From: Felis catus
Lineage: Eukaryota
Direction of reading: 5' to 3'
DNA length: 64,000 nt
Assembly: GCF_018350175.1 (NCBI RefSeq)
Contig: NC_058368.1
Span: 121,956,001-122,020,000, forward strand
Shown: one piece after another, positions 1 through 13,356 of the stretch
How the letters are laid out: each line of letters opens with the position of its first letter
Position numbering within the stretch: position 1 is the first letter of the stretch
Notes under the pieces: model-generated
What the model was told of the DNA's origin: nothing
Seen by the model: only the letters and a program-made list of their open reading frames with translations
Database searches by the model: none
Program-made: the position numbers and the translations under genes

Positions 1-3000
1 ATGGAAGGCAAGGAAGCCTTTCCTAGATACTGAGTTGAATTCACATCGTCCTATCTGTATGCCAACGTTCCTCTGGGCCTCCCTTCTCTGGATATCCTGC
101 TATAATACTGCACTGCATGTTAGGGTCAGAAACTGAAACAGAGGCCGTATTTATACAGTCACTTGATTAGTGACTGGTCAGCTGTGACTCCGAACAACAC
201 AGACCAGTGACTTTTAACACCAAATACTTTCTACTGCTTGGCTTTGGAATATATCCCGTCCCGTTTGCAAGGCAATTCTTCTATTTTTCTTATTACGAAT
301 GACACATTGCTACACGGAGAAATCATAGGTAAAACACAAAAAGCAAGAATCAACTATACCTCCTCCAGTCAGGGACAATATCTGTTTTGCACAGATATTT
401 GCAGTATTTTTTTCTATGCATTTTTGGGGGATGGGTACGAACCTATTGTAAGACTGCATGTACTGGTTTTGTATTCTCTCATTTTATCCTTCTTTCATTA
501 TACATGTGGTAAATATAATTGCAAAAAATGAAAATAAGCTGGAAAGTAAAAAAATAAAATAAAATCTCCCTCAATTCCACTAGACAAAGATAACTATTAG
601 GGAAATTTTGTGCACATCCTTTTATTACATTTGATGTGTAATTATACAACCTTTTCATATATGTAACATGCTATACATAGTTTATAATATGCCTTTTCCT
701 AATCATATCTACCCATATTAACATATATTCCTATAAAAATATAATTTATAATAGTAAGAATTTGTTAACAATTAAAGTTCTACTATTGGGAGATTTATCA
801 GTAAATTAGAAAAATGATACAAGGAAATGCCATGCAGTCGTTGAAAATGCAGTGGTATTTTAGAAGAACACTTAACAACTAGGAAGATATTTCTGTGGTT
901 AAGTGTTATATTATTAAGGAAAAAAATCTTGTTTCAGAACAGCTTATAGAATAATCACATTTTCATTAAGAAGCAAAAAGATTTATCCATTTATCCACAT
1001 CTCTGCTTTTTATCGTTAAAAGACATTAATAGCAGTTCTCTCTTGGTGTAAACACTTTAGTATCTTCATTTTGCTTCTCAGTATTTTCTAAAAAAATTTT
1101 CTTTTTTTACAATGAGCACATACTTCTTTCATAGCATGCAAAAACAAATCAATTATACCTTTCCCTCTCATCATAAGTATTAAAACAGAATTGGAAAGCT
1201 AGATAAAGCAAGGTGTTTTCACCAGGCAAATATTTTCAAAGTCTAGATTGAAAATTGAGCGTTGGTTTTACTTTTCATTAAAAATGGTAAAGTTGACAAA
1301 ATATGCTTGTAGAATGTAAAACTGTACCCAACTATAATGAGATAAGTACAATTTTTTTAAAAAGATAATTGATGCTGAATTCAATCCAATTCCCTATGGC
1401 TGGGTTGCCTGGAGTCATTCTCGACTTTATTATCACACAATTTTTCTTGACTCAGTATCTCGAAGCTTTGTGGATAAAAAAAGTCGAAGGAACATGTGGC
1501 TGTTACTGTGAGTAATGACTTTTCTTTTTTCTGGCTGGCTCTCTGAGTAGTTTATCATTACTTGTGGCAGCTTTTAAACACAATCTTATCATCTATCTTC
1601 ATTTTCTCTTTTGTACAGTAATTCCAATTGTCTTTCATTAATTTTTGCATGTTAACCTATTTGGCTTGAGGGGAATTCTCAACCTCAATATTAGTATAAA
1701 AAAGAAAATTGTGAAAGAACATGGGAATTTTTCTTCTAAGAATCATTTTGAGATGCTGTTGGCATATGAAATAGCATCCCAAATGGGAAGATAATATCCT
1801 TGTTAATCAAAAAACTATTTAAAAACTCAATTAACAGAACATTATGCTATATAATTAATCTTCATTGCATATCAACGATTTCCTTCCCATCCCCCCCACA
1901 AAGCAGTTAATAAGTCTTTGAATTTTATAGTAATAATCAATAGGGTCAGTTTCATAATATCAAGTAAGCTAGCCATAGAAGATAATCAGACACTTTTCCT
2001 CTGCCTGAAATAATTAAGTCAAAATCATCAGAAGTCTCTTTTATTCTCAAGTGTTGGGTATGCAGAGCCTTTGAGTAAAATTTCAACAGCAAAACAAAAC
2101 AAGGAGGAGAAGAAGGAGAAGGGGAAGAGGAAAAAGTATTCATGTGGTCTGACTTTCAAGAAATCAGGGTTGAAAAAAGTAAACCCAACAATACATACAG
2201 TTCTGAGAAAAAATTAAATGACTTAGAATCTGAGATAAGCTATCCTTGAATAAGCCTACACTGGCTGTTTCAGAAGTGCCATGTTTTAAATTTCTACACT
2301 GGGTTTATAACCAAAGGATTTTTGGTTCACATGTGTTAAAAGGATACAAGAAACAAATTTATAAGACACTCAAAATGCACAATCCAAAATTAATCATGAT
2401 AAAGTTTTCTGTGTGTTTCCTTTCAGTCTTTAAAAATGTTAATATATGTTTGATCATATTATATACCTATGAGCATTACCCTGTAAGTGTTGGGGATAGA
2501 CAAAAAGCAAACCCCTTGCTTCCTGATTTACATTTACACGTATAGCCCTTGTAGACAGACTCACACAGATGAAATGAATCACTTCCCAGCTTATTTGCTT
2601 GGTAGGGGGTTTTCAATTTTTATACACTAATCCTCTTAATTTTTATGCTATTCAATTAGTTCCCTTTACCATATGATTTTATTCTGAATTGTTCTGAGAG
2701 TGGATGGCTTCTTTCAGAAGGGTATTATGAGCCTTTAGGGCAGGTAATTTCACTGTATAAAGGTTTACCAAATTCACATGAAATTTGTCTCTCTATTCAA
2801 CCCCCATGTCCTTTCTCTCTGACCTACTGATATCAACTCCCCCTAAAATAATGATATAAGAAGAGAATGGGGGAAGAAAGACAAAGAAGCCACTTCTTGG
2901 TCTATACTTTGGAAGGGTCCACCCCTCTTCTTCTTGACCAAGAATTTGATGGTGTAAGAAGACACAAACATCTCCTTTATAAATCCCACATATATTCAGG

Positions 3001-3390
3001 GATTAATAATTTCTAATCAGTATGCCAAACGCATAGGGATGGCACGCTGAGTTTTCTGAAATGTGTTCCCAGAAAAACACTTAGTGAATCTTAAGAAAGG
3101 AAGTCAGATTCTAAACAGACCTAAAACTAATCTGTACTAACCAAAAACTGGAGATCATGGGTCTCACCTAATTCGGTTATAAATTTGTTGTTTTTAAAAA
3201 GAATACCTGCTATGTACTGAGGGCTTACTCTATGCCAGGCACTCTGGTAGGCACCTTGCAAATATTGTTTCTAAGTTGTTCAAATAGCTTACAAGGTAAA
3301 AAGAAAAACTGAGCCCAGGAAAGATTGAAATATGTGGTTTGCTGACTGCATCTCTGCAAATACCAAACAAGCAAAGTCACCTCCACATAC
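1..3390 (-). other. PPP2R2B: 5' part of the next PPP2R2B intron
   Basis: Starts with the gtatgt donor at 3390; the next exon (DKTVKLWK...) was not found in 1-3390. Confidence 0.85.
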
Positions 3391-3556
3391 CATTAGTAGA
3401 CAGAAGGAAGTAGGCTGCGTTCTGCTGAGGGAGCCATCTTATTTTATTGATTTTTTCTTCTATTTCTAAACTCTTCAGGTAATCGAACTCGGGTTCATGG
3501 CTCTGGAATGTGCTGTAAACATTGTATTCACCCCTACGATGAACCTGATTTTTACT
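3391..3556 (-). CDS. PPP2R2B: PPP2R2B internal coding exon (166 nt, starts phase 0, ends phase 1): [55 protein letters not shown](D)
   Basis: Lies within ORF 3377..3598(-). Acceptor ttcccttcctacag|AGT and donor AAT G|gtatgt. It joins in frame to the 6469-6566 exon. SKNQVHRRG and PQQNAAY match the beta paralogue rather than alpha, gamma or delta. Confidence 0.97.
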
Positions 3557-6468
3557 CTGTAGGAAGGGAAAAAGAACAGACACACACACACACCACACAC
3601 AAAAGATGAAATCACATAAGCCAACTGCAAATTTGCCAATTGCTTCTTTTTCTGGGCAGAGACATGGGGAGGGATGGGCTGGTCATGTCACTGTAGAATG
3701 AGGGCAGACCCATGGCAACAAGTTTACCTTAGCTGAGTGACCTCCACAGCATTTGATCATGTACCCCTATTGGTGAATATTGGCACCTCCTGTATACATA
3801 CATTTATAAATTATATACATGAACTTCGGTACTAATATATGGTATACATAACATATATGTAAAAATTTATGTTAAAATAGGACACAATTCAAAAATACAT
3901 ATAAATAGATATTCTAATATTTTTTTTCTACATCTTAATGGATGTCTTGGACACGCTCAGGACTGATCTATCCCACACTGATGTCCACAGTGACATACAT
4001 CAGTCCCTCACAAAGACTATAAAACCATGGCATCTGCACGTGTTGCTGGCCTTTTAAAATCTCACCAGAACCTCACAGAGTCTCTGAGAAGTAGGGAGGG
4101 TGGGGAAATTGACAGAAAAAGTTGAGAGGTAGTAAAATGACCTCTCCGGGTCACACAGCTTATACACAGCAGATCTGGGCATCAGATCTCCCCCACCCCT
4201 TTTTTTCCCCCTCGTGTAATTGACAAAACAGACTTGAGCACAGAGATGCCACACGAACCCCTAGGAAATTTATCAGGCTCTATTTGCAGCTTTCACCCCT
4301 CCCGATTATGCACAGTGCAAACAGGAGGAACTAGGTAAAGAATGCGGTAACGAAAATTAGATAAGAGAATCTGCAGAAGGGGTTGGGGCAGAAGAAGTGT
4401 GGAGAGGAGGAAAAAGAGGGTGTTAAAGAAAGAGAAGAAGGGGAAAAAGAAAAGACAGGTTTTATTTCAGGGGTTTTAGGACCTTATGACCAGGAGCTTC
4501 CAGATTCAGGCTTTGGAAAACCATGCTCGCAAATTCAAATTCAGGCCTTATTGAACATGTGTTGAAAGAGTCTGACTCTGAGGATTAAGACTCCATTAAA
4601 AAAATTATATATCTGGAAGGATATTGACCATTCAAACCAAAATCTCCACTTACTCCATCTGATGGGTGATGGTGCTGATGCCGTGTTCGATGTATTTGCG
4701 GGGCACTGAGGTTCCTATGAGCAAATTTGCCAGGAGCGTGACTTGTGAGAAGTCATGCACAGAGGTCGGGGCCAGGGCGGAGGGGGGGGGGGGTGGTGTG
4801 TGCAGCGGGCCTGTTGTCACCTGGCTTTGTTTCTCAGGCTTAGCGTTCATCCCAACCCAAAGCCTCGCCACAAAGCCACTGAACAGTATGTTTCTCTCCT
4901 CGACATTTATTTTTTTATTGAACAAAACCACTCTCCTTTGGAAAATGTGTCCCCCTTCATTCTACCAATGAATCATGCTTCCTAAATGTTTCAGTCCATT
5001 AAAATAGGTGAAACCTATAAATAGCTAACGGAAATCGTGGTGCGGAATATTCTTGGCAACACTCTGCCTTGGGTAATTTATGCTAAATGGCTGCTCCGGT
5101 TCTTCTTTATCATCACTATGAACCTAATTGGATTTTTTTTTTAAACTGAAGGTCTTAAAAATCAGTTTTAAAAGGACTTTAAACGCTGATATCCTGCTTA
5201 CTACAGAGACAGCCAGTCCACCTTAACAATAAATTTATAAGAGTGTTGATTTGCTACCATCCAAATCAGACTGTCAAGTGTGTGTATCATGTGCCAGACC
5301 AATTAGCACTAGGCAGTTCTGGAAAAGCAGGAAAAATTCCAGGTCACGAAGAGCTATTAGTTTCCACTTGCCAACCACATTTTCGTTGTTTCCAGGGCCA
5401 ATGGAATAGGCTGGGTGCCTGATTTAATGCTGAACACTTGAATTTATACAGAACCCCGAGGGATTATGATGCCCTTATAGAAATTAATTGCAAATAATGT
5501 GCAATTACCAAATATATCACCTCTAAATGAGGCTTTCCTTTTTTTGGGGGGGGGGGAGGTGTAACATAAATGGCTTTGAGGCACAGAGGAGGTTTAAATT
5601 GCTAGGGAAGTCTCTTGTGGAACCTTCCTCCCGCACTGGGCCTCCCCCCTACTCTGTGCTGGTGATTCTCTGAGGCGGGAACAGATGGGAGAGGTCCTAG
5701 AACAGGCACCGGCCTGCTGGAAGCTCCAGGACCATGCCAGGGAGACCCAGGAAATCAGATTGGGACATAATTTCATTCTGGCAAAACAGAAGCGGACACC
5801 AAAAAACTCAATTATATGAAAAAGAGAAACAATTCCTACTGGAGTTCAAGTCTCAGGAGGAAATGGGATTTTTGAGATTCAATGCACTCCAAGTTCGATC
5901 TCCTGCTCAGAATGCATGCAGCACTGAGCTCCAGGGACCTCTGCATCACCTATAGAAAAACATATGCCACGTGCAATGCTCAGATGTCATTTTGTGGGAT
6001 TTCACTCCCTTTGGTAGGGTGAGCTATCACTGTCTTCTCTAGTGACCCACGGTGTCCTTTTTACATCTACTGGCAAAGAGCTGGATTTTTTTTCCCCTCC
6101 TACATATTGGGCAGGAGCACCTGAAATTAGGAGAATTAATTGCAATGGCTGGGGGATAAATTCCACTCAAAAAGGAGTTCTCTGTTCAACAAGCACCCAT
6201 GGAATTTTGCAGGTCAGATGGGAAGTGAGGTCGTTTTGAATGTGCAACACCCAGGTTTGGAAACATTAGGCCATGCCCAGGAAAGGCTCTATTATCAGGT
6301 GCTTTTATGAGCCTGAATGTGGAACTGTTGATGTTAATGACTTTTTGGCAGTTTTTAGTTTGCTAGCAAAGCAGCAAGGTTAAGGGCGACACATGAGGAT
6401 TAAGGAACAGTAGGAGGCCTCCTTTAAAAAGAGAAGAAAATGGGCATTTTGCATTCACTGCCACTTAC
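3557..6468 (-). other. PPP2R2B: PPP2R2B intron (GT-AG, 2912 nt)
   Basis: Bounded by gtaagt at 6468 and cag at 3559-3557; splicing keeps the reading frame. Confidence 0.95.
3740..3990. mobile_element. ancient AT-rich hAT-Charlie-type MITE (MER112-like)
   Basis: Resembles the recalled consensus: ttgatcatgtacccc ... ataaattatatacatg ... ttctaatattttt ... aatggatgtcttg. Confidence 0.4.
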
Positions 6469-6566
6469 CTCCTGCTCTCGTTGAAATATTACAACCCGAC
6501 CCCCCTTGTCCCCTGTCGCTAGTAATTCTCCCGTGTGGTTGAATTCTACCGTAGAGATAATGTCAG
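6469..6566 (-). CDS. PPP2R2B: PPP2R2B internal coding exon (98 nt, starts phase 1, ends phase 0): (A)[32 protein letters not shown]
   Basis: Read by hand on the minus strand (absent from the ORF track). Acceptor ttctccttttcag|CT GAC ATT ATC and donor CAG GAG|gtaagt. The peptide is the conserved start of the B55 WD40 propeller. Confidence 0.97.
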
Positions 6567-7871
6567 CTGAAAAGGAGAAGACAAAGGCAATTAAAGTAAC
6601 TGCACACTTACTTTGAAACGATAGATAATAGATATACTTTTCTGTGCATTTAAGGGCTCAGGGCTTTGTCTCTGCAGTGGAATTTACAAGGATTTTATGT
6701 TCTGTATTTTAAGTGCCACTAGAAGTGGCATTTGAGAAAGTAAATTTTCTAGGAGACCACTGCAGTGTGGTCTCTTGGAACGTCTGGAGAGAACAAAAGG
6801 GAAAAGCACAAACAGACCTTTTTGTTTGGGGCAAGAGAAAATGCATTTCCTTAATAATGGCTCCTGGAAATGACATTTTTTTTTTTTTTGGACAATTTCT
6901 ACCAACCATAGACTGTTAACCCACCCAGGGCCCTTTTGCATTCCCCTCTCTTCTACAAGGAAGAACCTCCCCAAACAGGTTTCAGTTGTGGCTGAAGACT
7001 GTGATGAAGCCGGCCCTGGGGCACTTCACTGAAGCTCAGACATGGAAAATGAAGGGAGGGAGCCTGAAGACATCACTGGGCCACCAGCAGTCAGGAATTC
7101 AGAAAGGATCCCACGTATCCTCCCTTGACCCATGCTCCCTCCTTCCTGGTGAACCCAACACACTCTTCTGGAAGAGCACGGCCTTATTCCAACCCCAACA
7201 GCAAGGTGCTGAGAAAGAGGGTCAGGAGGTCAGAGGACAGAGAGCAATTTGTACTCCGTATTTCAAAACGAAGAAAATACACAAGCACCGGGAACTCAGA
7301 TCACAGATAATTGCTGAAGGAATGCCAGCCTGCCAGGTCTTTCTTCAATCCTGGTTACCCCCGAGAAACATGGACAGGTAAATTACCTATGATTGGATTT
7401 ATTAGGGCTATTTTTAGAAAAATGTCAGAGGTTAATTCCTCTGCAATTATTCCCCTGCAGGGCTCCAACAATTGCTACCGAGAGTGCAAATGAGTTAAAA
7501 AAAAAAAAAAAAAAAAAGAGGTAGGGGAATTATGACGATGGCCTTTGACAGAGGAACATTCTGAAGATTATGTCCATGTGAAGAAAGCAAAGGAGAAACA
7601 GTGAGGTGGAAAACTAAGGCAATTACCCCTGAATAATTCAAGTCTCAAATCTCAATTTAATATCATCATTTCAGGATTTTCTTTGTATGCCTGATTTATT
7701 CAGGTAAGTAGTGTAAAATTCTCCACTTTGCATGTAACTGTCCCTTTCCATATATGAACATGCATCTAATGGCTATTCTTGGTGCGGAAGTAAAAAGGAT
7801 AAGCCCAAGTCACCGTCACTTTAAAGCAGGGGACCTTTAAAAGAACAAATCATGACTTCCTGGATGACTAG

Positions 7872-8085
7872 CTCCAGGGTAGCAAATTCAAAGCCCTACA
7901 GAGCCAAGAGGTATCATGAAGTGAACTACAGTAGGTGAAGTAGAAAGCTTGGGTTCCCTCTTAAGGGTAAGTGGCTATGCAGCTTAAGCCAATAGTAGAC
8001 ATGAACAGCAACATGTGTTGCTAGATATTTTGATGTTTTTATAAGAAGCTATAAATCCAGATTTTATGCACAAATCTCTTAAATT
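7872..8085. mobile_element. ancient hAT MITE (MER103C-like)
   Basis: ccagggtagcaaattcaaagccctacag ... tgttgctagatattttgatgtttttataagaagctataaatccagattttatg; a related copy lies at ~52290-52455. Confidence 0.45.
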
Positions 8086-11000
8086 ACATATATTGTCAGC
8101 TATTTTTTTCAAAGCCATGACATTAAAAAAATCATCTTGTCTGTGGGCTATGTTTTTTGAGTCACCAGTTAATGACCTTTGATCTAGACAATCTTCAGAA
8201 AAGGCCACCCCATTCCTTATTGATGATGTCAACTAGAAATCTAGTCCATTTACTCAGGAAGACTCCTCCAAGTGAATACTACCCTTAAGGAAACACAAAA
8301 TAATCTGTGTGGTTACTCAGATCCTGATGTAACTTTAGCAGTCCAGGTCTGTAGCCAGTGCCCATTGAGAAGAAAGCCCAGTGAGGCTGGGAAGCCAGCA
8401 CCTTAAGTGAATTATCAGACCACTTTCCTTTGTCAGAGTTTATGAATCTTAGCAAAGCACTATCACATAAAGAGGAGAGAAGAAGGCTGCTTGGTGTTTG
8501 CAGTTGGCACAGAATGCCTTGGGAGAATCAATCGAGCACTAGGATGCACTTCTAACACTAGTTACTGCTTCTGGCTTTTCAGTGAGTCAGCAATGTGGTC
8601 ATTCATGAAGTTTCCTGACTTGGGCAGAATCTAAAGTAGACGTGGCCGTTTCTTCTCACTTGAGACTTACATCAGGTACCTTAGTACGAGGCAAAGCTCT
8701 TAAAGTGTTTTAGACGTAAACACCTCCCAGAAGGAAAGAGTGGTGGGGGAGGCCAAGCCTATAGGTTACCAGAGTCACACTTGTGCCTTTTGGGGCCAAA
8801 AAGTGGCTTAACTGCAGTCTACATTCTTCCTCTCAGCACCAATGTTGACAGAGACTCCAGAGTTCTAGATGGTACCCTGAGAACTTGTAAGTTCTCATCT
8901 TGTAAGTTGGCCCTTCCCTTTTAGTGAAGTTGGGTATCAGAAGGAAGAGTTAAGTGCCTTTTCTAACATCAGCCTCTGGCTCACATTCCAAGAAAACGTT
9001 ACTCCCCAGGAAACAAAATTCACCCTCCCAGGGATGACGTACACATTTGTCTTCTTACCTAGACTCCCTGAGAAAAAGGGAGTGAAAAATTCATTCTCCC
9101 TTTAGGAGGTACACAGGTCAAAACAAGGTAGACTCAAGCTCACATCTGAGCCACATGATCCAAGCCAGTGTTACTAGAACTCTGTATTATGTGGGATCCA
9201 GGCACAGCCCCAACTGATAAACATGTCCCATTTGTTTTCCAAATGTTATAATTATTCGTGCTGTGCCTCCCTTGAGAACCTCACAAGAGAAAGGGTGATT
9301 GACATGGCAGGATTCTGAAATTCTTCAATCCTCTTGCCAAATCCTTAGCTTTATATTTTAATCCTGCCAGGTAGTTGGTCTGTATATTAGCTTGTTTATA
9401 TCTAGCTATTGTCTACCTCCCTTCAGAGCATAGGCTACTGCAGCTCAGGTTAATACCTGTTTTGAACTTTCATGTTTCCTGGCTCATTTCTCATCGCTAA
9501 GCCAGTAGGTGTAACCAGAATACTTTACTGCCCCATCCATCTTTGCATATCTTCATCTATGAGTGTTTAATAATTGATGCAAACCTCATGAATCACCCCA
9601 CATTCCAATTTCAAGATACTGAAACTTCTGATACAAATACTCTTGTTTGCAACAGGCTTGTGGTAGAGGAGAAATTTCTTGATAAATTAGAAAACCCATG
9701 CTGCTGAAGACAAAATAACTCTTCCTGAGCATGACAGTAAACTAGCAAACTTGGGACAAAAACTTCATCTGAAATCATGGTCAAAAGAAATCAATTCATC
9801 AATTCAACATGGCTTTCATCTTTTAAACAGTATGTGTGTACAACAACTCATTTTATCAAATACCGAGCTGAATCACACCATTCTAATAAAGCTATAAACT
9901 TGACCATTTCCCCTCTATCCTATAGAGATGTGGATAAAGTACATGTTTTTTGACTAAAAACAAAAAAACAGAGGCCAAAAACAGTTATGGAGGTCAAATG
10001 TAGTTAACATGATTTTTTTAAAGGAAACCCTGGGAGGTATGACGTTTGCCCTGTTCCACATTTATTTGTGCTGATTTAATTTCCACAAGATGGTGGCCTC
10101 GTAACCCCATTTCTAGTGCAAGAGGCACTGCTAAGACGGAGTTTTTCTTTTTTTCAAATCAATCTCTGCTTCTTACAAAGGTTCCAGACAAGTAAATTCA
10201 TACATACAGTCTCCATTTACCTGAATAATAGAAATTGACTTGGCCATTTTATGCCTGTGATTAGGCTGAAGAAATAGAGGGAACCCCTAGTGACTACCCT
10301 AGTCTCTCACAGTTCCATGCTGGGTTGGCGTCTACACAATGCCTGGGGTGGGCACAGTGATTAGGTGATGCCCAATTCAAAGAGCAGGGTGACTGTAGAT
10401 AAAATGATGGCTCAGTTTAGACCTGGAGAGGACCTAAACCCAAATCCTCTAGTGGGACAAGGTCTACCGACCAGGTCACTAGCACTGGCCTCTCTGCATC
10501 AATCATAGGGATTCAAATGAGAGAGTAATTTAATTTAGCCTTCAGAGCCCATTAAATGTTTTATCTTTCATCTAAGCAACATTTGGGAGATAATACTATA
10601 AAGTCATTTACTCTACTTATATCAGCTGGCTAGTTCTGCCCACTCAAGAGTTGGCTTTCTTCCTGATGATAAGCTCGGCTCTAGGCGGAATTGTCTGCTT
10701 CTTCAGTGAGGATGAGGACACCTTCAGCTAGGTGGAAAACAGATGTTGCAGTGGAGGACAGTGGTGAAATATAGTTGGTTGTGGGAAAGTTTGTGCTGAG
10801 AGGATCCGGGAGGTCACTTCCAAGCTGAAGTGCTGTGATTAATTGCCAATGGGTCCTGCATTGCATGGTGAGGGAGCAGGGGACAGCACGCGTACCCTTT
10901 GTCATCACTACATAGGGGCTTGTAGCTAGATTGGCAATGACTGTGTGGCTCATTAAATAAATAGGGGAGTCTCAGGCTCCCAGTGGGAATTAAAATTACT

Positions 11001-12834
11001 CCTTCTGTCTATGTAAAACTGTGGCCTCCTTCGTGAGTTTTGGTTCATAGCCCAAAGTCAGCCTCCATTATCTCAGATAAGGTTTTCTCTAGTAAAATTT
11101 GATAAATGAAATAGTGTGTTGGAGTATACTTTCTATCAAAATGGGGGGATAAAATGAAGTCTGGTTATGGCCAAACAAAATATGCCCAAATACTGCTACT
11201 GGGATTGTGTCAAAATGGCCTGCTTCTTGAAAAAGTTTAGTATATTGTAAAATTAAAAAAAAAACAAACCCAACCAGGCAATAACACAGTACATGTACGA
11301 TGACTGTAATCTTTAAAAAGTATTTTCATTTTAAAATATATCTTTTTTAACTGGTAAAGCAATATACACTTGTTAAAACTTCCATTAATACCAAGATGAT
11401 ACTTAAAATATAAAATGAAATTTCCCTTACAATCTGACTCCCTGGAAAACAATTGTTAACTCTTATAAATACACACACACTAACAGTCACAGGCCAAAGT
11501 CTGTCAGGGAGAGTCCAAAATGATGTTTTAGTGTAGGATATGAGTGATTTAATTTATTTTCTTACAGTTTTTTAATTTTTCAGGATCCTTTTTTTTATGA
11601 CCATAAATACTCGAACAATTTTTGACAGGTACACAATTTTAAATGGCTTTCAAACTAAATACAAGATTTTAGCATTTATCTCAGAGATTCTGTAGACTTT
11701 TAAAAATATTTCTTTTTAAATTCACATATATTAAAATTCACTTTTTGTGCCTTACAGTTTTATGGGTTTGGATCAATGCATATAGATGTGTATCCACTAC
11801 CAACAGCATGATATAGAATAGTGTCAGCCTGCCCCACAAGTTCCTTCATACTGCCCCTGTGAACAATTTTTGTAAAAAAGAATAAAATTATGGGAATAAA
11901 GTAAGCTGACAGGTATTTAAGACCTTCCAAATGTTAAAAATGCTATGCAAATATAGAGGCTTAATAACTACTGGTCTCAATAGGTATGGCTCAACTGGGA
12001 GGCAACGATCAGTTCTCACTAGTGAGAGTCAAAGATTTTATTTTTTTGATCTTACTGTTTAGATAACATCACTATTTACTGTTTTTGGAGTGGAGGGAAA
12101 CTAAATTCATCAATATGCCTTTGTTAGCCTGTATCACAAACTAGGTTTAGGTATGAGGTTTTCGGCCTTTGGACTCAAAGTTTCCTTTGCAATGAAATAG
12201 GACTATGTTTGGGTTTTTAGTTTGGTAGTAGCCTTCGCTTCTTAACTTGGTACTACTTATATTCTTGTAGTTCAGTTCTAGAGACAGAAGTAGTGAATAT
12301 AAAGTTCTGAGTAGTGATAACAAATGACTCTAATTTTGCTCACCAGTTTTGTTTATTGGCAAGAGCTGCCTAATGAGAAGGATTCTAAGGTCATAGCTGG
12401 GCTTGGTGGGAGAGTGTTGAGATTAACTGGTTATGTCTGGCATGGGTATGGGAAGAGCCATTACACATGCCACAAGCTTGCTATCCTGATCTTCTGTGCA
12501 TGATAGACAGTTCCTGACTGACCCCGAATTGATTCCTTTGTCGCCGACCAGTGTCTGGCATATAGATACTGAATCCTTCTCCTTTCATTTGGATACAATT
12601 AATTCTGTGCACATTGGTTTTAACTTCGATCTAGTGCTGGTATTTCTCCTATATGAAAGAAAGTAGGTAGAAGGATCCAAGAGTCCCAATTCCCAAGATC
12701 TTATCACGACTGCTGCTTCCCATGTAAATAGAGACAGAGTGCTGGAAAGTGGGCATTGTTTAGACGTCAGCCTGCCCATGAAGACCAAGCTCATTAAAGG
12801 CAGGTAATACATTGTGGTTATCACTCTTAGTTAC

Positions 12835-13356
12835 TCTTGGTTAGCTACTCCTACCCAGTGCCTTTCTTCCTTGCCTGCCTCCCGGTGTAGAGGATGTAAA
12901 ATCCAGAATCTTCCTTCCCAGCCCCCTGGGTTTAGGGGTGGCCATGTGACTGAATATGGCCTGTGAGGCAAGCAGGAAAGTCTGCTGGGGGGCAAGGAGG
13001 CAGAGATTCTGGGGAAAAGTTTTCCTCCCTGAATAAAAGAAGGGAAACAAGTGAGGAGTGGCCTTCTGGCTATGCTGACATACTCCTTGTATACGACTTC
13101 CTTTGTATATGATTGTATGTGGTTATGATATGTGAAGGTGTGGCCGCCATCATGTGACCATGAGGTGACAAGCCAAGAGGCTGAATATGAGACATGGAAG
13201 AAAGGGACAATGTCTTTGGTGACATCACTTAACTACAAAAACCTGCCTCAGGAAGAGCCTGTGTCTGAACTTGTTAAACAATAGATACCCAAGTGGTTTA
13301 AGCCACTGTTAGAAAGATTTTCTATTATTTATAACTCAACACTTACTAACAGACAT
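12835..13356 (+). mobile_element. ancient MaLR solo LTR (MLT1J/I-like)
   Basis: Motifs ttcccagcccc..ggtggccatgtgact, gccatcatgtgaccatgagg, ctttggtgacatc, tttaagccactgtt, and an end of taacagaca. Confidence 0.6.

Noticed and set aside
3377..3598. ORF as a standalone 73-aa gene
   Set aside because: Only 3391-3556 is exon; the MWCVCVSV... and GMWR ends are intron read-through.
4650..4985. Three overlapping ORFs with poly-Pro/Gly
   Set aside because: The low-complexity peptide comes from a G12 run and has no recognisable homology; kept only as a splice-site candidate.
8832..8852. REST/RE1-like tcagcacc...gacag
   Set aside because: Wrong spacing and a poor right half-site.
8878..8897. 9-bp inverted repeat tgagaactt-gt-aagttctca
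   Set aside because: Short enough to arise by chance in 64 kb.
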